From contig NW_019217850.1 in the NCBI RefSeq assembly GCF_002571385.2, forward strand, positions 356,283 through 420,282: a DNA stretch of 64,000 nucleotides, read 5' to 3'. The DNA is from Stylophora pistillata (Eukaryota). This document shows, in pieces, positions 37,950 to 51,800 of this stretch; position 1 is the first letter of the stretch; every line of letters begins with the position of its first letter. The notes beneath the pieces are model-generated. The model saw only the letters and a program-made list of their open reading frames with translations. It made no database searches and was not told where the DNA came from. A program made the position numbers and the translations under genes.

Positions 37950-38690
37950 CGAGCGATAAAAAATATGAGCGACGTTTCGACCGCTCCACGGTCAAGTTAG
38001 AGTTCATGAGTATATACAATTTCTGAAACAATGGGATGAAGGTAAAAGCTAAGTATTTACGTATAAACAATAGAGCTAATAACTAATAACAAAGTATAAA
38101 AATGAAGTGTAAATAAGCGGTGAAAAGGATGAAAATTAATTAAAACGAAGTGTTAAGCAAACAGCTTTGCGCAAATAGAATCGCTCTGTTTGTTCAATTT
38201 TGGCTTAAGGTCCCGAATAAAAAAATAGATAAATAAATAAATAAAAAGATGAACTCAAAGTTAAGGAACTTAAACCTCCAATTATCAACCAGCAAAACGT
38301 TGTATATCTCTTTAAGTGTGATCTGTGTGATACAGATTATTTGGATATATCAACAAAGTTGAAATGGTAAATTGGCCACCGTAACGATTACAAAAGCTGA
38401 CGTTTCGAGCCTTGATACAGATTATGTCGGCTTCACAAGCCGACACCTACATCAACGTGTGGAGGAACATAAACGATCAGTAATCTGCAACCATGTAAGA
38501 GAGCATGGAATCGAACCATATGAAATCGCAAAGAACTTTAGGGTCAAGAGGAAACGCTCAACCAAGTTCGACTGTTTGATTTTCGAAATGTTTTTTATTC
38601 GGGATCTTAAGCCTGAAAATTGATCAAACAGAACGATTCTACTCGCGCAAAGCTGATTACTAAACACTTCAACACTTCATATTAGTCAAT
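37950..38690. mobile_element. Truncated Penelope-like retroelement: GIY-YIG endonuclease remnant (+, ~38245-38665) with an inverted copy of its 3' end (-, ~37950-38225)
   Basis: Translation NVVYLFKCDLCDTDY/VGFTSRHLHQRVEEH...KFDCLIFEMFFIRDLKP is a typical PLE GIY-YIG C-terminus. 38146-38225 is the reverse complement of ~38590-38670. Confidence 0.8.
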
Positions 38691-39030
38691 TTTAATCGAT
38701 GTAAGATCGCACTGACTGGCTAATTCAAGGGTAATACTAGTTTCCAAAGAAAAAAAGGAGAAACTGAAATTCAACTCCATTGCCTTGAGTACAAAATTGT
38801 AGCGGATGCAAAAATTTGAGGAATAAATTTTCTATTTTGTTGCATTAGCGAACGGCAGAATCTTAAGGTAAACAACAGATTTGCGTGTTTAGATTAAGTA
38901 AGTTAATCTAACTGGCTCTGAGCGCGGATTACGGAAGGAATCGAAGGCTTATCAGAAACGAAGAAACGCAAATTAAATTAAGTGTTTCTGTGTATTCTGT
39001 CTTCACAAGCAGGAAAAAGGTCGTACTCAC

Positions 39031-39091
39031 CGTAGTGTGTTTCATCTTCTTTGCCACCCAAGGTATACAAAGCCTTCAGGTGCCTCAACAT
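39031..39091 (-). CDS. Candidate first coding exon of ETS-6 (MLRHLKALYTLGGKEDETHY+G)
   Basis: 61-nt ATG-initiated segment ending in a consensus G|GTGAGT donor, with the phase (1) needed to join 32187. No homology support. Confidence 0.3.
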
Positions 39092-39611
39092 TTCAGATGA
39101 TACTCAATCCTAAGCATTTCACTTAATGTGACAAATATGTCATACGCACACTTCCAGATAAATCATGTTATGACTCAAAGTGGGAGCAACGAAAACGTTT
39201 AACAATTAACAGAATCTGTTATGTAGGGAGGTGGATTCCTTACACCCACCGGAAAGACCTGAACATTGTTTCATGCATCAGCATGTGTTCATCGATTTAG
39301 GAAGCACGCGGGAAGTTTGACGAACGCGGAAGATGCGGTAAACATTGATCTATACGCAACTGAAAAACAACTTCTTCCCGAATGCTCTCCAAGATTATCA
39401 CATACTTCATACTTCAATTAACGCACACCTGAGGCTTGAATCTATTGTCTGAAAGTATCATCAAAGCGTCAGTTTGAAATTATTATTGCGAGAAAGTTCC
39501 TTTCCTACGCTTTAATGCGTGCACGTTCATCATTGGCGTTCATAATGAAAACGAAAAACAGGCTCGAGCAATTAGATTTGATCTCCCAAATTCATCGGCT
39601 ATTTTTGTGAA

Positions 39612-40058
39612 TTCGAATAAGTAAAGATTTGGTAAAACATTTGACAATGAAAAACTGCGATAAAATATTATAAAGCATGACACGACGTTTCGACGTTTCC
39701 AGAACGTCATTATCAAGTAAACTAAAATAATAAAATCGAGCATATATATAATGAAGCGGTGAATAAATTACAAAACGTTAAAAGTTAAACAAAGAGTTTA
39801 GCCCTAATGGAATCGTTCTGGGTGTTTAAATTGGGCCTTATTGTTCTTATGTACAACATTTCATAAACAAGACAATCCCATTTCGTGCCGCATTTTTTAA
39901 GCATTCTAAACTGGCTCTCATTGAGTAAGTCAATGTTCCCATGGGCATCTTTATTATTTTTATCTTATTATTTTAGTTTACTTGATAATGACGTTCTGGA
40001 AACGTCGAAACGTCGTGTCATGCTTTATAATATTTTATCGCAGTTTTTCATTGTCAAA
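39612..40058 (-). mobile_element. Young 5'-truncated Penelope-like element with a perfect 95-bp inverted repeat and 12-bp TSD
   Basis: 39949-39785 encodes DAHGNIDLLNESQFRMLKKCGTKWDCLVYEMLYIRTIRPNLNTQNDSIRAKLFV*. IR at 39639-39733 and 39965-40059. TATTTTTGTGAA at 39600-39611 and 40059-40070. Confidence 0.85.
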
Positions 40059-40693
40059 TATTTTTGTGAAGCGAAGTAAAATTTAATCCTAATGTGTCAT
40101 GACGTCCTCGACTATAGAACGGTAGTAAACCGTCAACAGACTGACGAAGGTGCCGAATGGTTTAGTTAATAGAGTACAAATAACGCGCGAGACGAGCACA
40201 AATATCACGCGATATTTATACTCCAGAAATATCCGCGAAATTCGCCCCCCACTGAAATACCAAATTTGGCGTTGAACAGGCAACGAGTAAACAGCAATTG
40301 ACCCACAATCTCTTTCCCACGACATTACGAATAGATAAGGGAAGGATTTATCCGGCCCCTCTTGAAATAGAGTGCGCAGTAAACTTTGAGACCTCTTCGG
40401 CGAGAGAAACAAAGAGCATGCCGTAAACTGTCAACTTTTTTTTTTCTCGAGTGACTTTATTATTGTCGCTTTTGTTCGACAAAAAGTCTTTATCTCGTGG
40501 TAAAATACATGCATGTAGACTTTGAGTCGCAAGTTCTCACGAGAAATTTTCTCGTTCTCAGATTAGTTTTTAATCTTCAATTCTTGTAGAAAACGTTCAC
40601 ACGATAGCGAAGGCAATTTTTTAATATCGTGTTATGAAATTTATTCAAATGAAAAATAACGATATCAAAAGCGTGCGACTGTGCTAAACATTG

Positions 40694-43600
40694 CTAAACA
40701 AATCTCGTTATTACTTGAACAGGCACAGAGCTTGGTTCGTGGAGCATGCGCAATCCGCATCCGTAAACCGCTGACCCCCTACAACTGCATGATGGAAACA
40801 TTATCTGGCTTCTACAAACTGTCGGTGCATGGGTTCGTGGGGTACACTCAAGACAACTGTAAAGGTGGTTCGCTGGCGCGCTCAGCTGATGCTGCGGTTG
40901 GCTATTTGAGTTAAACATGGACATCAGAGGCCAGTGCGTTGTCAAGGAAACCGGAACGGAAAGGACATCAGGTTTTTCTGGTTTGGAGTTGTCCTCTACA
41001 GGTGGTCGCCAAGGCCAGTTGTACTTTACCGGTTTGTAAGCGTAAGGAAGTTTGTGGAATTTGTAAACAAGTCTTTGACCTTGTACCTATAGAAAAATGG
41101 GATAACGTGTTAAAATGAGACAACTGAGTTTATTTTGATCACGGGCATAAATGTTTTGGACCTGATTCCGATTCCTTTTAGCCCAAGCCATTGGGCGAGC
41201 GTTAAAATGAGCCCTGAGAGGGGCCCAAAACGTATCTAGGCCCAAGAACATAAACTGTATGACTTTCATTATCACTTTAGAGGGCAGAAAAAATAACAGG
41301 AACTCAAAAACATTTCAGTGCCATCGCGCGAGCATGCGGATGGACCAAAATACGATTGAGCCCGCCAAAAACTCCAAATGCACCACAATGCCTGGCAAAG
41401 AGATAATAATGCAAATGATATGCTGATCAGATGCTCCAACTGAAGTGTCAAGGTCATTTTTCTCACTGTTATTTAGTCTATGACGTAATCACCTTTTCAT
41501 TTGTGCTCATGTCGCACGCTTTTATTCCGCGCCAAATGTAATTCGGAGCATGTTCACTTTTACCTTCATCTCGTTTACCAAGGGGTAAGCTATGTCTCCC
41601 TTGTCTACTTCGGTAAGTTTCGTTTTTCCTTTCATCTTTTTATTTTTCATTCGGTATTTTCACTTTTCTTCGTCTATTTGTCTTAGGTATTTACCTTTGG
41701 AAATATTTCTGTATCCCACCCTACTAAAACAAAGCAATACTTTCAAAGACAAAGTTTCCTTTTGTCAAAGAATTTTATGCATAATTTAGCATTGGGTTAA
41801 GGTGGCTGAACACAGTTTTTGCGCGCGCTTTTGCTGAAGCATTTCAGCGCGCCCACAGGGATCGTAAAAAAACAAACATGCCGTCAATAGAGCGGTCATT
41901 TTATTTACTCAAAATGTACCCGCACTATCTGTGCTATATTTTTTCTCTATAGTTGGCGCAGTGTATTGAAGGCTTTATCTTTTATTACAAAGATATGTTA
42001 GAAAAGTTAACGGTGCAAAGAACCCAGCAATTCTCAGCTTTTTCGTCGTTACCGAAAGAACCCAGTTAAATGCAGCACATGCGCAGTAAGTGAAAAAATT
42101 GCGATTGAATGGAAAATTGCTTTCTCGGAAATATGCCTATTTCTTGTGAACCACTCATTAGAATTTCACGAAATTTGGCACGAAAATACTTTAGGAAATA
42201 AGTAACTGGAGTATTAAAAAAAAATTGATTTTAAACAAAGGAAATTCTAGAAAATCAAGTGAACATTCAACAAGGTATAATTAAAGATCTCTCTGTTAAA
42301 TTGTTAGCAAAATGGTGTTAACTAGTGAGTATCGTTACAAGCTCGTTGTATGCAAATTATAAAGAGAATCTAATGATTTACGGCCAAGAAATGTAAAAAG
42401 TTTTAAAATGCACATGCTGAGCTGTTATTCTGCCAACTAGATTTCTTGTTCTACCACGTCCTCGTTACAGACTCTTGCGAGACTCGACCTTCGCGTTCTT
42501 CTCGCTCTCACCTCAGGAATGTTTCCGCTTGGCTCAAACACTCACAAAAAAAGGCGTCCTTTCGAGTGCAAGCTAGCTTTTCTAAGAATCTGACACCTCT
42601 CACAGCTTAACTTACAATCGGTGTGGAAACACAGGGCCGAAACCACAATTTGTCCATTCCGAATTATTGTCTTTCATTCACTTAGGAAAAGAAAGGCAAG
42701 ATGTCCGTTTAAGGTGGCTAAACACAGTTTTTGATACCTTTGTTTCTTTCACCATTTTCTCTAAAACCCTTGATCTCTCGGTCGCCAAAACTGGCAGCAA
42801 GCAAGTTAACAACACAAACTTTGTTTTTTCGATAGTTAAGCTGACGTATGTGCCGTTGCCATGGCGAAATGAATAGATATAAGCAGGCAATTAAAATTGG
42901 TTTTGTTTCTTTGTAGAAAATCTAGTCGTCCTCTGCCAAACAACAACGTGAAATCATCAAAATTTACGTTGTCCGAGAATGGAAACCCCTTCACATAAGT
43001 GATAATGAATTTGACTTGTGGCGCCTAAGGGCCAGTAAACACATCCAGCCATTCACGAAATTCTTACTATGAATTCAAATTCAATTTTTTAATCGACGTT
43101 TCCCTCGCTGTTGTCTCGCGTTCCCTCGCTGTTGTCCTCACGTTCCCTCGCGTGTCGCTCGCGCTCCACGCTGGTCTACATTTCACTATGTCCAGACCTC
43201 CAGCTCTAGGGTTAAAACTATCACTGGTTCGTGGCTTTGAAGAATGCGCCAGGCGATTATTACAATCCAAAACAGAGCATCGCTCCACTTTGTAGCTGTT
43301 AAAGTATATTACTTGCGCTGGAACACCGTGAATTAGAGGATTGCATCATTTAGAATATGCTTATATTTTCTTTACGCTGAATTTCAGGTTTTCTCAACGT
43401 GTCACTCTCCATGACAATTTGTTTACAGCCGAGTCGAGGCTTGTATAATAATGGAGTATACTGCAATGATATTGCAGACAGTGAACGTGTTGACCAAACC
43501 CTGCACTGTTACTCATAATCACTCTTGATGACCTTCTGTCACTGCGTGCCTTTCACACACTTGTAAATATCACCCTGTAACGCAACAGATATTCGCCCAG

Positions 43601-43904
43601 CGTAAGACGGGAATAAAATTGAGCCGTATTAGCGGACTAACCTTCTTTATGATTCCTTTCTGATAGTAATACCTCAGCGCACGGCTAAGTTTATCATAAT
43701 TCATCCCTGCTCGTTGTTTTAGCCGGCCCCATCTTTTGGCAACTTCCTCTTGTCTCTTAATCTTGAACTCTCCATCCTCTTTCTTTGTCCATGAAATTAG
43801 CGGTATATATCTTTCGTCCTCCAGGAGTTCCAATAAAAACTCCCACAAGTGTATGGTATTTTTGTACCGAGTTTGTTTCTGTTCCTTCTCTGGATTGTTG
43901 TGTT
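40694..43904 (-). CDS. ETS-7: most canonical ELF-like ETS factor of the cluster; exons 43904-43642 and 41086-40694
   Basis: [16 protein letters not shown]...[21 protein letters not shown]|GT. Acceptor tctatag gives [19 protein letters not shown]...[12 protein letters not shown]. NTIxLWEFLL and KVxGQRLVY resemble ELF1/2/4/E74. Confidence 0.9.
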
Positions 43905-45584
43905 CTGCATAGATATAAGTAAAGAAAAAAAAAATGCTTTAATATATTGGCAATTAACTCGCCAAGGAAAACTTTATTCCAGTTTGAGGCCTATTGGTAA
44001 CCGTGGAGCGTCAGGATCGAAAAAGAGAGATGAAAATTTGAAAACGGGAAAGCGATCTTCTCTCAACGTGCTTCGCAATAAATTCAGATGCTCTAAGAAA
44101 ATAAGTGTTAGCGTCTTCTCTTTAACAGCACATGTGCCTCCATCCATGTACATTGTCGAATATTCTGAGTATCAAACAGACAAACTCCGCAATTTTCAGC
44201 AGCGTATCACGCCAAAGTGAAGCCAGATTGTAACTCCCAAGGCATTTCTTTACTCCATTATGAAATACGTTAAATAACTTCGAGTTACTTCCCTAACAAA
44301 TAGGATGCAGCATTAAAATCATAGGCGACCTGTTTCCTCTCGTTTCCCAGCGCTGTTAGCATGTTCAGAGTGTTTTCTTTGAGTTCTCATTGGCTCTTTG
44401 AAATATATTTATCTCTATTCTGTTTGGTGGTTCAGGTTGTATTAGTTCTGTTTTGTACAAAACTCTGTGAATGTACTCTGACAGCAAACTTAACCTTAAA
44501 TAAGGGACAAATAACTTCAAAGAGCAACGAAAGATTGTATTACAGATACCCATTCATGATACACACGGTTTCTAACATTATTTTAGTGGCCAGTCTTTTT
44601 GAGGCAATTTTCCTACCGGAAAGATTAGAATAGATGTAACGTTTATTCAGTTAAGAAGTCTGGTGTGGGTCAGGAGGTTCTCTTTTCCCAATATTTGGCA
44701 ACTTGGGTGTATTCTAAAGACGAGACTGAGTGTATTTCCTGAATGCTACATTGTATTGTCTCCATTAACAAGCCGATTAGCCCATGGTGTCTCGGTGCAA
44801 TCATCTTGTTAATGAAGACGTCTTTCGGCAGATTATCTCTCTTAACAAAGCGAAAAGATTACAAGATGCTCTCAAAACCGTCACCATGCGATAAATTGTA
44901 TTACGATATACGTGACAAACCTACATGTTCAGTAATTTCTGGGGGTCTTGCTGACACCCTTATTAGGTGGCAAGAGACAATAAGACCATTTGCAGCGTAG
45001 CTCTCGTTGATTCTTTCATACCGAGATTTATGTGCGGACTCTCTTTGGTCTAAAAATACATGTGGCGCCAATAAGCTTTTCTCTGAGTTTATTTATAGCT
45101 GACATTATCTGAAAAATGGGAATGATTTTATCTATTTTGATCTGGATTAGAGCATTTTTTATTTTTATGCCCCAAGTTATGGAACTGAGCATTTTTTAAC
45201 AATGATATGATTTTTCCAGACCTAGATCCCCATAGCAAACTTTGAACCTCTTAAATGAATTTCTGAGGAAACCGCTAAGGAAGCCGAGGTTGTGTAAAGG
45301 CACTAAAACTAATTTTACAGGTCAGCCCTTAATAAGGAGGGCATGATAAAGCGCACGCTTTGGTCTAAGACAGAATCCATAGAAACGCACCACACACGTG
45401 CTCTCCAGATCAGATCTGCAATTAATTATTCCGTTGCAATACAAAGTCAGACTATTAAATCAAACTTCCAGAAAAAAAGAAACTTAGGGTCTGGAAGTAG
45501 TTTTTTTAGACATCGAGCTTCAACTAGTGCATTTAATATAAACACTGTATTAAGATCCCCATTCTCTATGAACTTCCCATTCTA

Positions 45585-46000
45585 AAAGGCTCCCCCGCCC
45601 CCGGCCCCCCTTCCTAAAAAGCCTTCTTTCTTTTACGTTCTCCTTTCTAATTATCCTCCCCCTGTTAATTCCCCCCTCTGTAATAAATCTCCTCTCTAAA
45701 TCACCTCCCCCTCTAGGAATTCCCCCTCTAACTATCCCTCTCTATTAAGTCCCTCTCTCCAAGAAACCCCCCCCTTTAAAATACCTCCTTTAACAAATTC
45801 CCTCTCTAACTACCCCTCTCTCTGTTTAGTCCCTTTCTCTAATAAACCTCCCTCTCTAAAAAGACCCCCTCTCTAAATGACCCTCCTCTCTAAAAGGCCC
45901 CCTCTCAGAAATTCCACTCTCTAATTTTCTCCTTCTCTCCTAGTTTCCTTCTCTAATAAGCTCCCTCTTAAAAATGATCTCCTCTTCAATAAACCCTCTT
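45585..46000. repeat. Pyrimidine-rich degenerate tandem repeat (CCCTCTCTAA-like, ~15-17 bp unit)
   Basis: Many ccc(c)tct(c)taa units with strong C/G strand skew. Confidence 0.8.
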
Positions 46001-48775
46001 ATGCGTACTCTTCCTTAAAAACCAAACAAACTAACGAACAAAAAGTAGTAGTTTTTGTCATTCATTTGGTTTAGGCGTTGTTGCAACACAAAATCTTCCT
46101 GCATATGAAAGCGCTTGTCAGTTTTAGAGTTTTTCATGCTTCATATAGGTTTTCAATAAAAGCAATGTATTTGGCGTACGGCATCAATCAAATCGGAGCG
46201 ACAAACCATTTTCTTTTTAAGGTGGCACTGCAGCATGAGTATGTTTCAGTTTCCGTTGATATGTCGCAGTTTTTTTCAACCAAAAAAATGTAATCGGTGT
46301 TTGGTATTGATTGAACTGGAACAAAAATTTAGATTGAAAATAGTGTCAAATAGCGAACAAAGGGCTAACTGAGCCCAGTACTCGTGCTTAATGGGAAAAA
46401 AAAAGGTAACGATTCTTAGGCGCCGCGTTAACTTTGCTAAGATACCCATAGTCGCTAACGATATAGTACTCACGAAAAGGACTGATTAGTAAAACTAATT
46501 GGCTTTCCAATTGGCCTAAACTCTTTACAAATTATACTTCGTGTGTGCATTGCGTATCTCTAGCAGGTCTGTGAGATTGACTGATAACCTAACTTAAAAA
46601 CAATTGTTGTAAAGGCGCGGCCTTCAACTCCTGACGTCTCTATTTGTCTGACTTTGACAGAGAGTCCACTGGACCTAAATATCCATTGTTTTGCTTTTAA
46701 TGCGGCTATTACCTGAAAGAAGTACCCACTACAGGTACTAAATTCCGTTATCTTTACTTCTCTCCTCCTAATCCTATTCAAACAATTTCTACAAATAGAT
46801 TGGCTTGAGGTAAAATCCTTGATAACTGGAATACCGTAAATTTTCCAACATACGCGCTATCTTTATTAAATGAGGCCCACCCCGGACACTAAAGAGCTAA
46901 TATATAGCAACTAATCTGTAGGTTATGAAGACAGAGAAGGTTGTAACGTTAAACCAATCTTAGATAATTATTTGTATCTATCTTCAAGTGATTGTCGATT
47001 TGAATGAATGCCACAGCGTTTTCTATTTCGTTGGTAACTACAAAGAGTCAAATTTTAATTTGTTATTGCCAGAGTAAAGTCATGTGCAATGTTCTGTTTC
47101 ACAACAAAGCGCAACTAACTCTGCCTCTGTACATTCGTTCTTAACTTCTTTGCAGGCTAATTAGTGATTCGGTTTGTATCTTTGTCTAATCAATGGGTGA
47201 AGTAAATATAAGATCTTATCCTGATGAATTATTCTGAAGAGTTTCGTGATTCTTTTTTAGGGCCTTAATGGGACTAAACAGCAAAAGAAACAACAAATAT
47301 CAGTGAAGCAGAGAATTTCAATTAATAAGGTTAACCGTTAGCTGTGAAACGGCTAAAAAGTTCAGCCTTTAGTCGTAAAAAGGGTGAACCGTAAAAAAGT
47401 TTTTCTTTTAATCACAAACGGAAGGAAGTTCATCATAAGCCATTAAAAGGCCCAAATGTTAACCGTAAAAGTAATAACCTTATTGTGATCCTCTAAGCAA
47501 AGACGATCTCGTTAAAAACGTATTAAACTTTCGTGGAAAAACATAAGAGTTGTACCGGCTACCATCCTAAGGTTAATGGTATAGTTATAACCTGTTGAGT
47601 CAAGGCTGTCAGGGATAAGTTTTCCGACCGGAAAAGATCTTGTTTTTTTCTTTTTAGAAGTTTATTCAGTCAAGAAGTTTGATGGTACTGGGGATACGCT
47701 TGAACAATAAAAAGTCGGTGTCGGAAAACATCCTCAATTTTCAGCGACTGGGATGTATCAGTTTCACTATTTTGGCCAGGTCAAAATATAAATGATTCGA
47801 ATCTTCAAACCTCAGAGACCTCATTGACCTATCGCAAATACGGTCTGTGATCTTTGCATTTTGAAGCACGATCTTCGCGTGTCTCTGTTTGGATAAATAG
47901 ATGTAGAACGCTTTTTCGTCAAATGAACGAAATATTCAATTAAACGATATGCGAATTTTTTATCAAAATACTCTACAATAATAAATATTTCCCTTGTTTG
48001 CCTTTGAAGTCAACATCAATATTCTTAGATCTTATATACGTTAGATCTTATATAAGTTAGAATACCGACTTCTTTCTGCTCCGTGTCTTAGACAATAAAT
48101 TCAAGTTACTTAAATCAACCTTTAAAGGACAGATTATTTGGTCATTAGCAATACAGTGAGTCAGTGTTTCATTTAGGCTGGCGATAAGATTAAAGCTCAA
48201 TGCTTTTGGACCACAGAGAGTTTGTTTCTTTCTTTGTTTGGTTTTGTTGCATCTCACGGTGTAGCCCAGCGCAAAGTGAGTGTTTAACCGATGGTAAGCC
48301 CTGTGTCAAACATGGTGCGCCAAATCATAGCGATTTAATGTTGATTTTTCATGATTTGGCCCAATTTCTTGGTATCACCTTTGACAAAGGGGTAAGAGGA
48401 AACCCTTTCTCAATGTAGACGAGGTTTTCAGTCTTTGGAGTAGTATCCTCTTCTCTGTTGTGCTGATATTATTACAAACACCAAGAATAACGAAAGACTG
48501 ATTTATCTATGCTCTGCACTACAAAATACGATTAAGAAACAACATAACCTTGTAACACCCAAGATCGCATTTATAATTCTCCTAATGCTCTCTTCCATAC
48601 CATTCTCACGGATGTGAATTTGGTATTAGATCAAGTAACACTGCCCTCATAGTGTTTTATTTCTTTATTTTCAACACTTATCTGCTTGACATTGTATTGA
48701 TATTGTAAGCAGAATATTATGTACGTCCTGGACATTATTATCTTAACAGCTAATTAGGTATTGGAATATTATTAC

Positions 48776-48843
48776 CTGACATACTACTTGCTCTTTTACA
48801 GTCAAACGGCTTCAAAACGACGACAGGCTTCAAATCGATTGAC
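48776..48843 (-). CDS. Candidate start-codon exon of ETS-7 (5' UTR plus ATG TCA G at 48782-48776)
   Basis: Bounded by a tttcttttTCCAG acceptor and a G|GTAAT donor. Phase 1 joins 43904 to give [11 protein letters not shown].... A further donor at ~49432 suggests a non-coding upstream exon. Confidence 0.5.
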
Positions 48844-51800
48844 CTGGAAAAAGAAATACATGTTTAATTACGATAACAGTCTTTCTTTAGAGATGAATAT
48901 TTTAAAATCTTGCGATAAAATCTAGTCTTGACGCCGTCACAGAGCGGTGATTGACAACTAATGCACTGTAAAGATTACATCTTTCAGAATCAAGCCTACT
49001 TCTACGACCAAATACAAACTAACGTACACTCGAAAAGTTATAAAAATGTTTGTTCCTGAAATAGCAACTCGTTAGAAAGACGCTATCTTTAACTTGAACA
49101 TGATGCGATGAATCAGCAACAGGTCTAAGTGGTTGGCTGACTCAAGTTCATATTAGGTCGAATTGACTTCAGTCGCTTATTGCAGCCATACAACTCTCTT
49201 ACGAATGAAGTCGGAGAGGACAGAAGTTTCAATTGAATGTGCAAACACTTTCCCAATTTTACGGTTTGTTTAAAAGTTTGGTCCGTGACTCCCGCGCAAG
49301 ACTACTTCTGTCGTACATGTTAATGTTGTAAACAACATAATTGCGACTTTTGCGTTTGTTAACCCGCACACTGTTTCAAGGGAGCCGCGAAGACAGAAAC
49401 CTCAGCTGTGAAAATATCATATCAGAATTTACCTGAAAGTTCAAAGACCCTAGATATCTTGCACCCTCTGTGTCAGTTTCCTTCCGCCGCACTAATATGC
49501 ATTGACCATGCGATATCGACGTTATGGCCCGATACTACGTATGCTAAATAGCTGAAATATAATTTCCTTATTTACTGATCAATAAGATTCGGACGTGACC
49601 AAACGTACTTCCGCACGACCGTGGGGTTAAATATATACCAATATAGGATTCCCCTCCTAGAGAGCAGGGTCTAAATGTGAAAATAGTCATATATATCCAT
49701 GCTCATACATGTTCTAAAGCGCTTTTTATTTAACGCTCTTTTTTAGTTTGTGCACAGAATTTGTCCGGAAATACCAATTCATCTTTTATGCATGAATATT
49801 TATTAGGTCGTTCAGACAACTGGCTTTACAACTCCTAACGACGTTTTCTCTTATTCTTTGTAAACTGAACAGTGCCACTGTAATTTCATTACAAACCCGA
49901 CGTGGAATTAAACTGTCTGGGAATTTTCCTTTTTAGTAAAACTTCCGAAAGATGAAACTCATGTGAACTAATTATGTCCCCCGTACGTTTTGGAATTTCA
50001 CAGGAAGTATCGAAAGGTTACAAGTCTTTTCTGGTAGAGTGTTTTATTACAAAATTCACCAGGGACATATCTGATAGCTATTATCTTGTTTCAAGGCACG
50101 TGTTTGTGGTTCACTTTGCAAAATTTTAAATATAGAATTCCACTGACATCGACCAAAGCACCGACGTCAAATCTGAAGTCTGTATGTCTCAGTTTTTATC
50201 GATGCAGTACTGAACAAAGCAATGATTCATATACTTCCCTTCAAGCGTTACACGAGTTTGCAATTAACCACAAAGTCATGCGATCAATAGCTACTTAGTC
50301 AAAACTTCCTTGTACAATTAAATAAACATAAACATTTGACGTTTTATTATCTGATAGCCACACTGCCTTCATTTACACGGTTAACTGCTCACTGTTGACA
50401 GGAAAACTCACTGCTAAAACTTTGACTTTAGACCAAGAAATTGTGAGCATTACCCTCAGTTCCAGCAGCTTTCACCGACATGGTCACACCAAGGTTTCAT
50501 TTACAAATAACAATCTTTCATAGCATAACAAACAACACCACGAACCTGTATGTTCATCAGCTTTCAAATATAATAATATCAACCTAATGTTTGGGTAAAT
50601 AAACGCAAAGACTACTTGAATTCATTTGGAAGTTTTTTCTTTTAGAAAAAAACTGACCCTGAATCTTACCTTTACTCTGTGGGTTACTACAATTTTCTTT
50701 CACTTTCAAACAAACACAAGCTGTTTTTCTCGAGTAGATTGGCTATCTGTCGACGATCGATATCGGCGTATTAAGCCGTATTTGCAAGCCTCATTAGATA
50801 TATAATGGTATTAGGCGATCTTCTAAAAAAAAAATTTCTCCATAACAGTCAAAACTGTTAAATAATCACAAAGGAAATTGTGGGGGGGCCAGAAAGACGT
50901 ACAGATGGATGGATTTGAACAAGATTAGGACGGATTACAATGATCTAATTAAACCATTCCACCGACACCACCTTCAGGACGCTTCAGTTCACTTAATGTC
51001 GCCGCCGGGTCAATTCGCTACAAAGCTGGCGAAAAACAATACTCGGAAATGGATCCTTTCTTTCGCTTCGGTCTGCGACTCTTATGTCTATATCTTCGAG
51101 TGCAACATTTAGATAACAGCTTTTGCAACTATCTTTTTCTTTAAAAAAAAGATTAATTAAAAGAACAAACGATTTTTTACAAATTAATTATTTCTAATTA
51201 ATAACTACGTTGCTGTGATCCTAAATCCGTTTTATTCCTAATTTTTCAAGGATTCTCCCAGTTCTGATCCTGTTAAGTAACTAATAAGTGAATACACGAC
51301 ATTGTTCCGTTATCTCATTTCGCCATTATCTTCGACTTTGCAAATTTTCACGTACGCCCCATTCTTTCCACTTGCAGCGGAGGGTCTTTCACATTTTTTT
51401 TCCTATTTTTTTAAACAGTTTCCGCTTTAGAATTTTCGGTCAGCTTTGTCGAATGAATATAGCTCAAATTCTTTCTATTTTCAGTTGCAAGACAGGATAA
51501 GAAATAATTCCGGCAGTTTTATAGAGAAATTAAAATTTGCCGGTAAATGTTTGCCTGCGAACAGGAAACAGGGCAATCCATTTTCTTCCGATGGTATCTT
51601 AAAATGTCGCGTCCAAAAGAGGTAGCGGAAGGCTACTTCATTCCCGGTAACTTGGGCAAAGCTGTGATAGATGAGCCACCAGACTTGTGCGCGAGACTTG
51701 AGCTGGCTTACGTTGCAATAAAATGTCTTGTAAGATGGTAAGATATTGCACTTTTTTTAAACATAACAAGATGATCAATGAGGTTTGACGCGAGGAAAAT

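Noticed and set aside
41795-43060. Fragments starting TTAAGGTGGCT (41797, 42709), possible Kolobok-like elements
   Set aside because: I could not define matching ends or TSDs.
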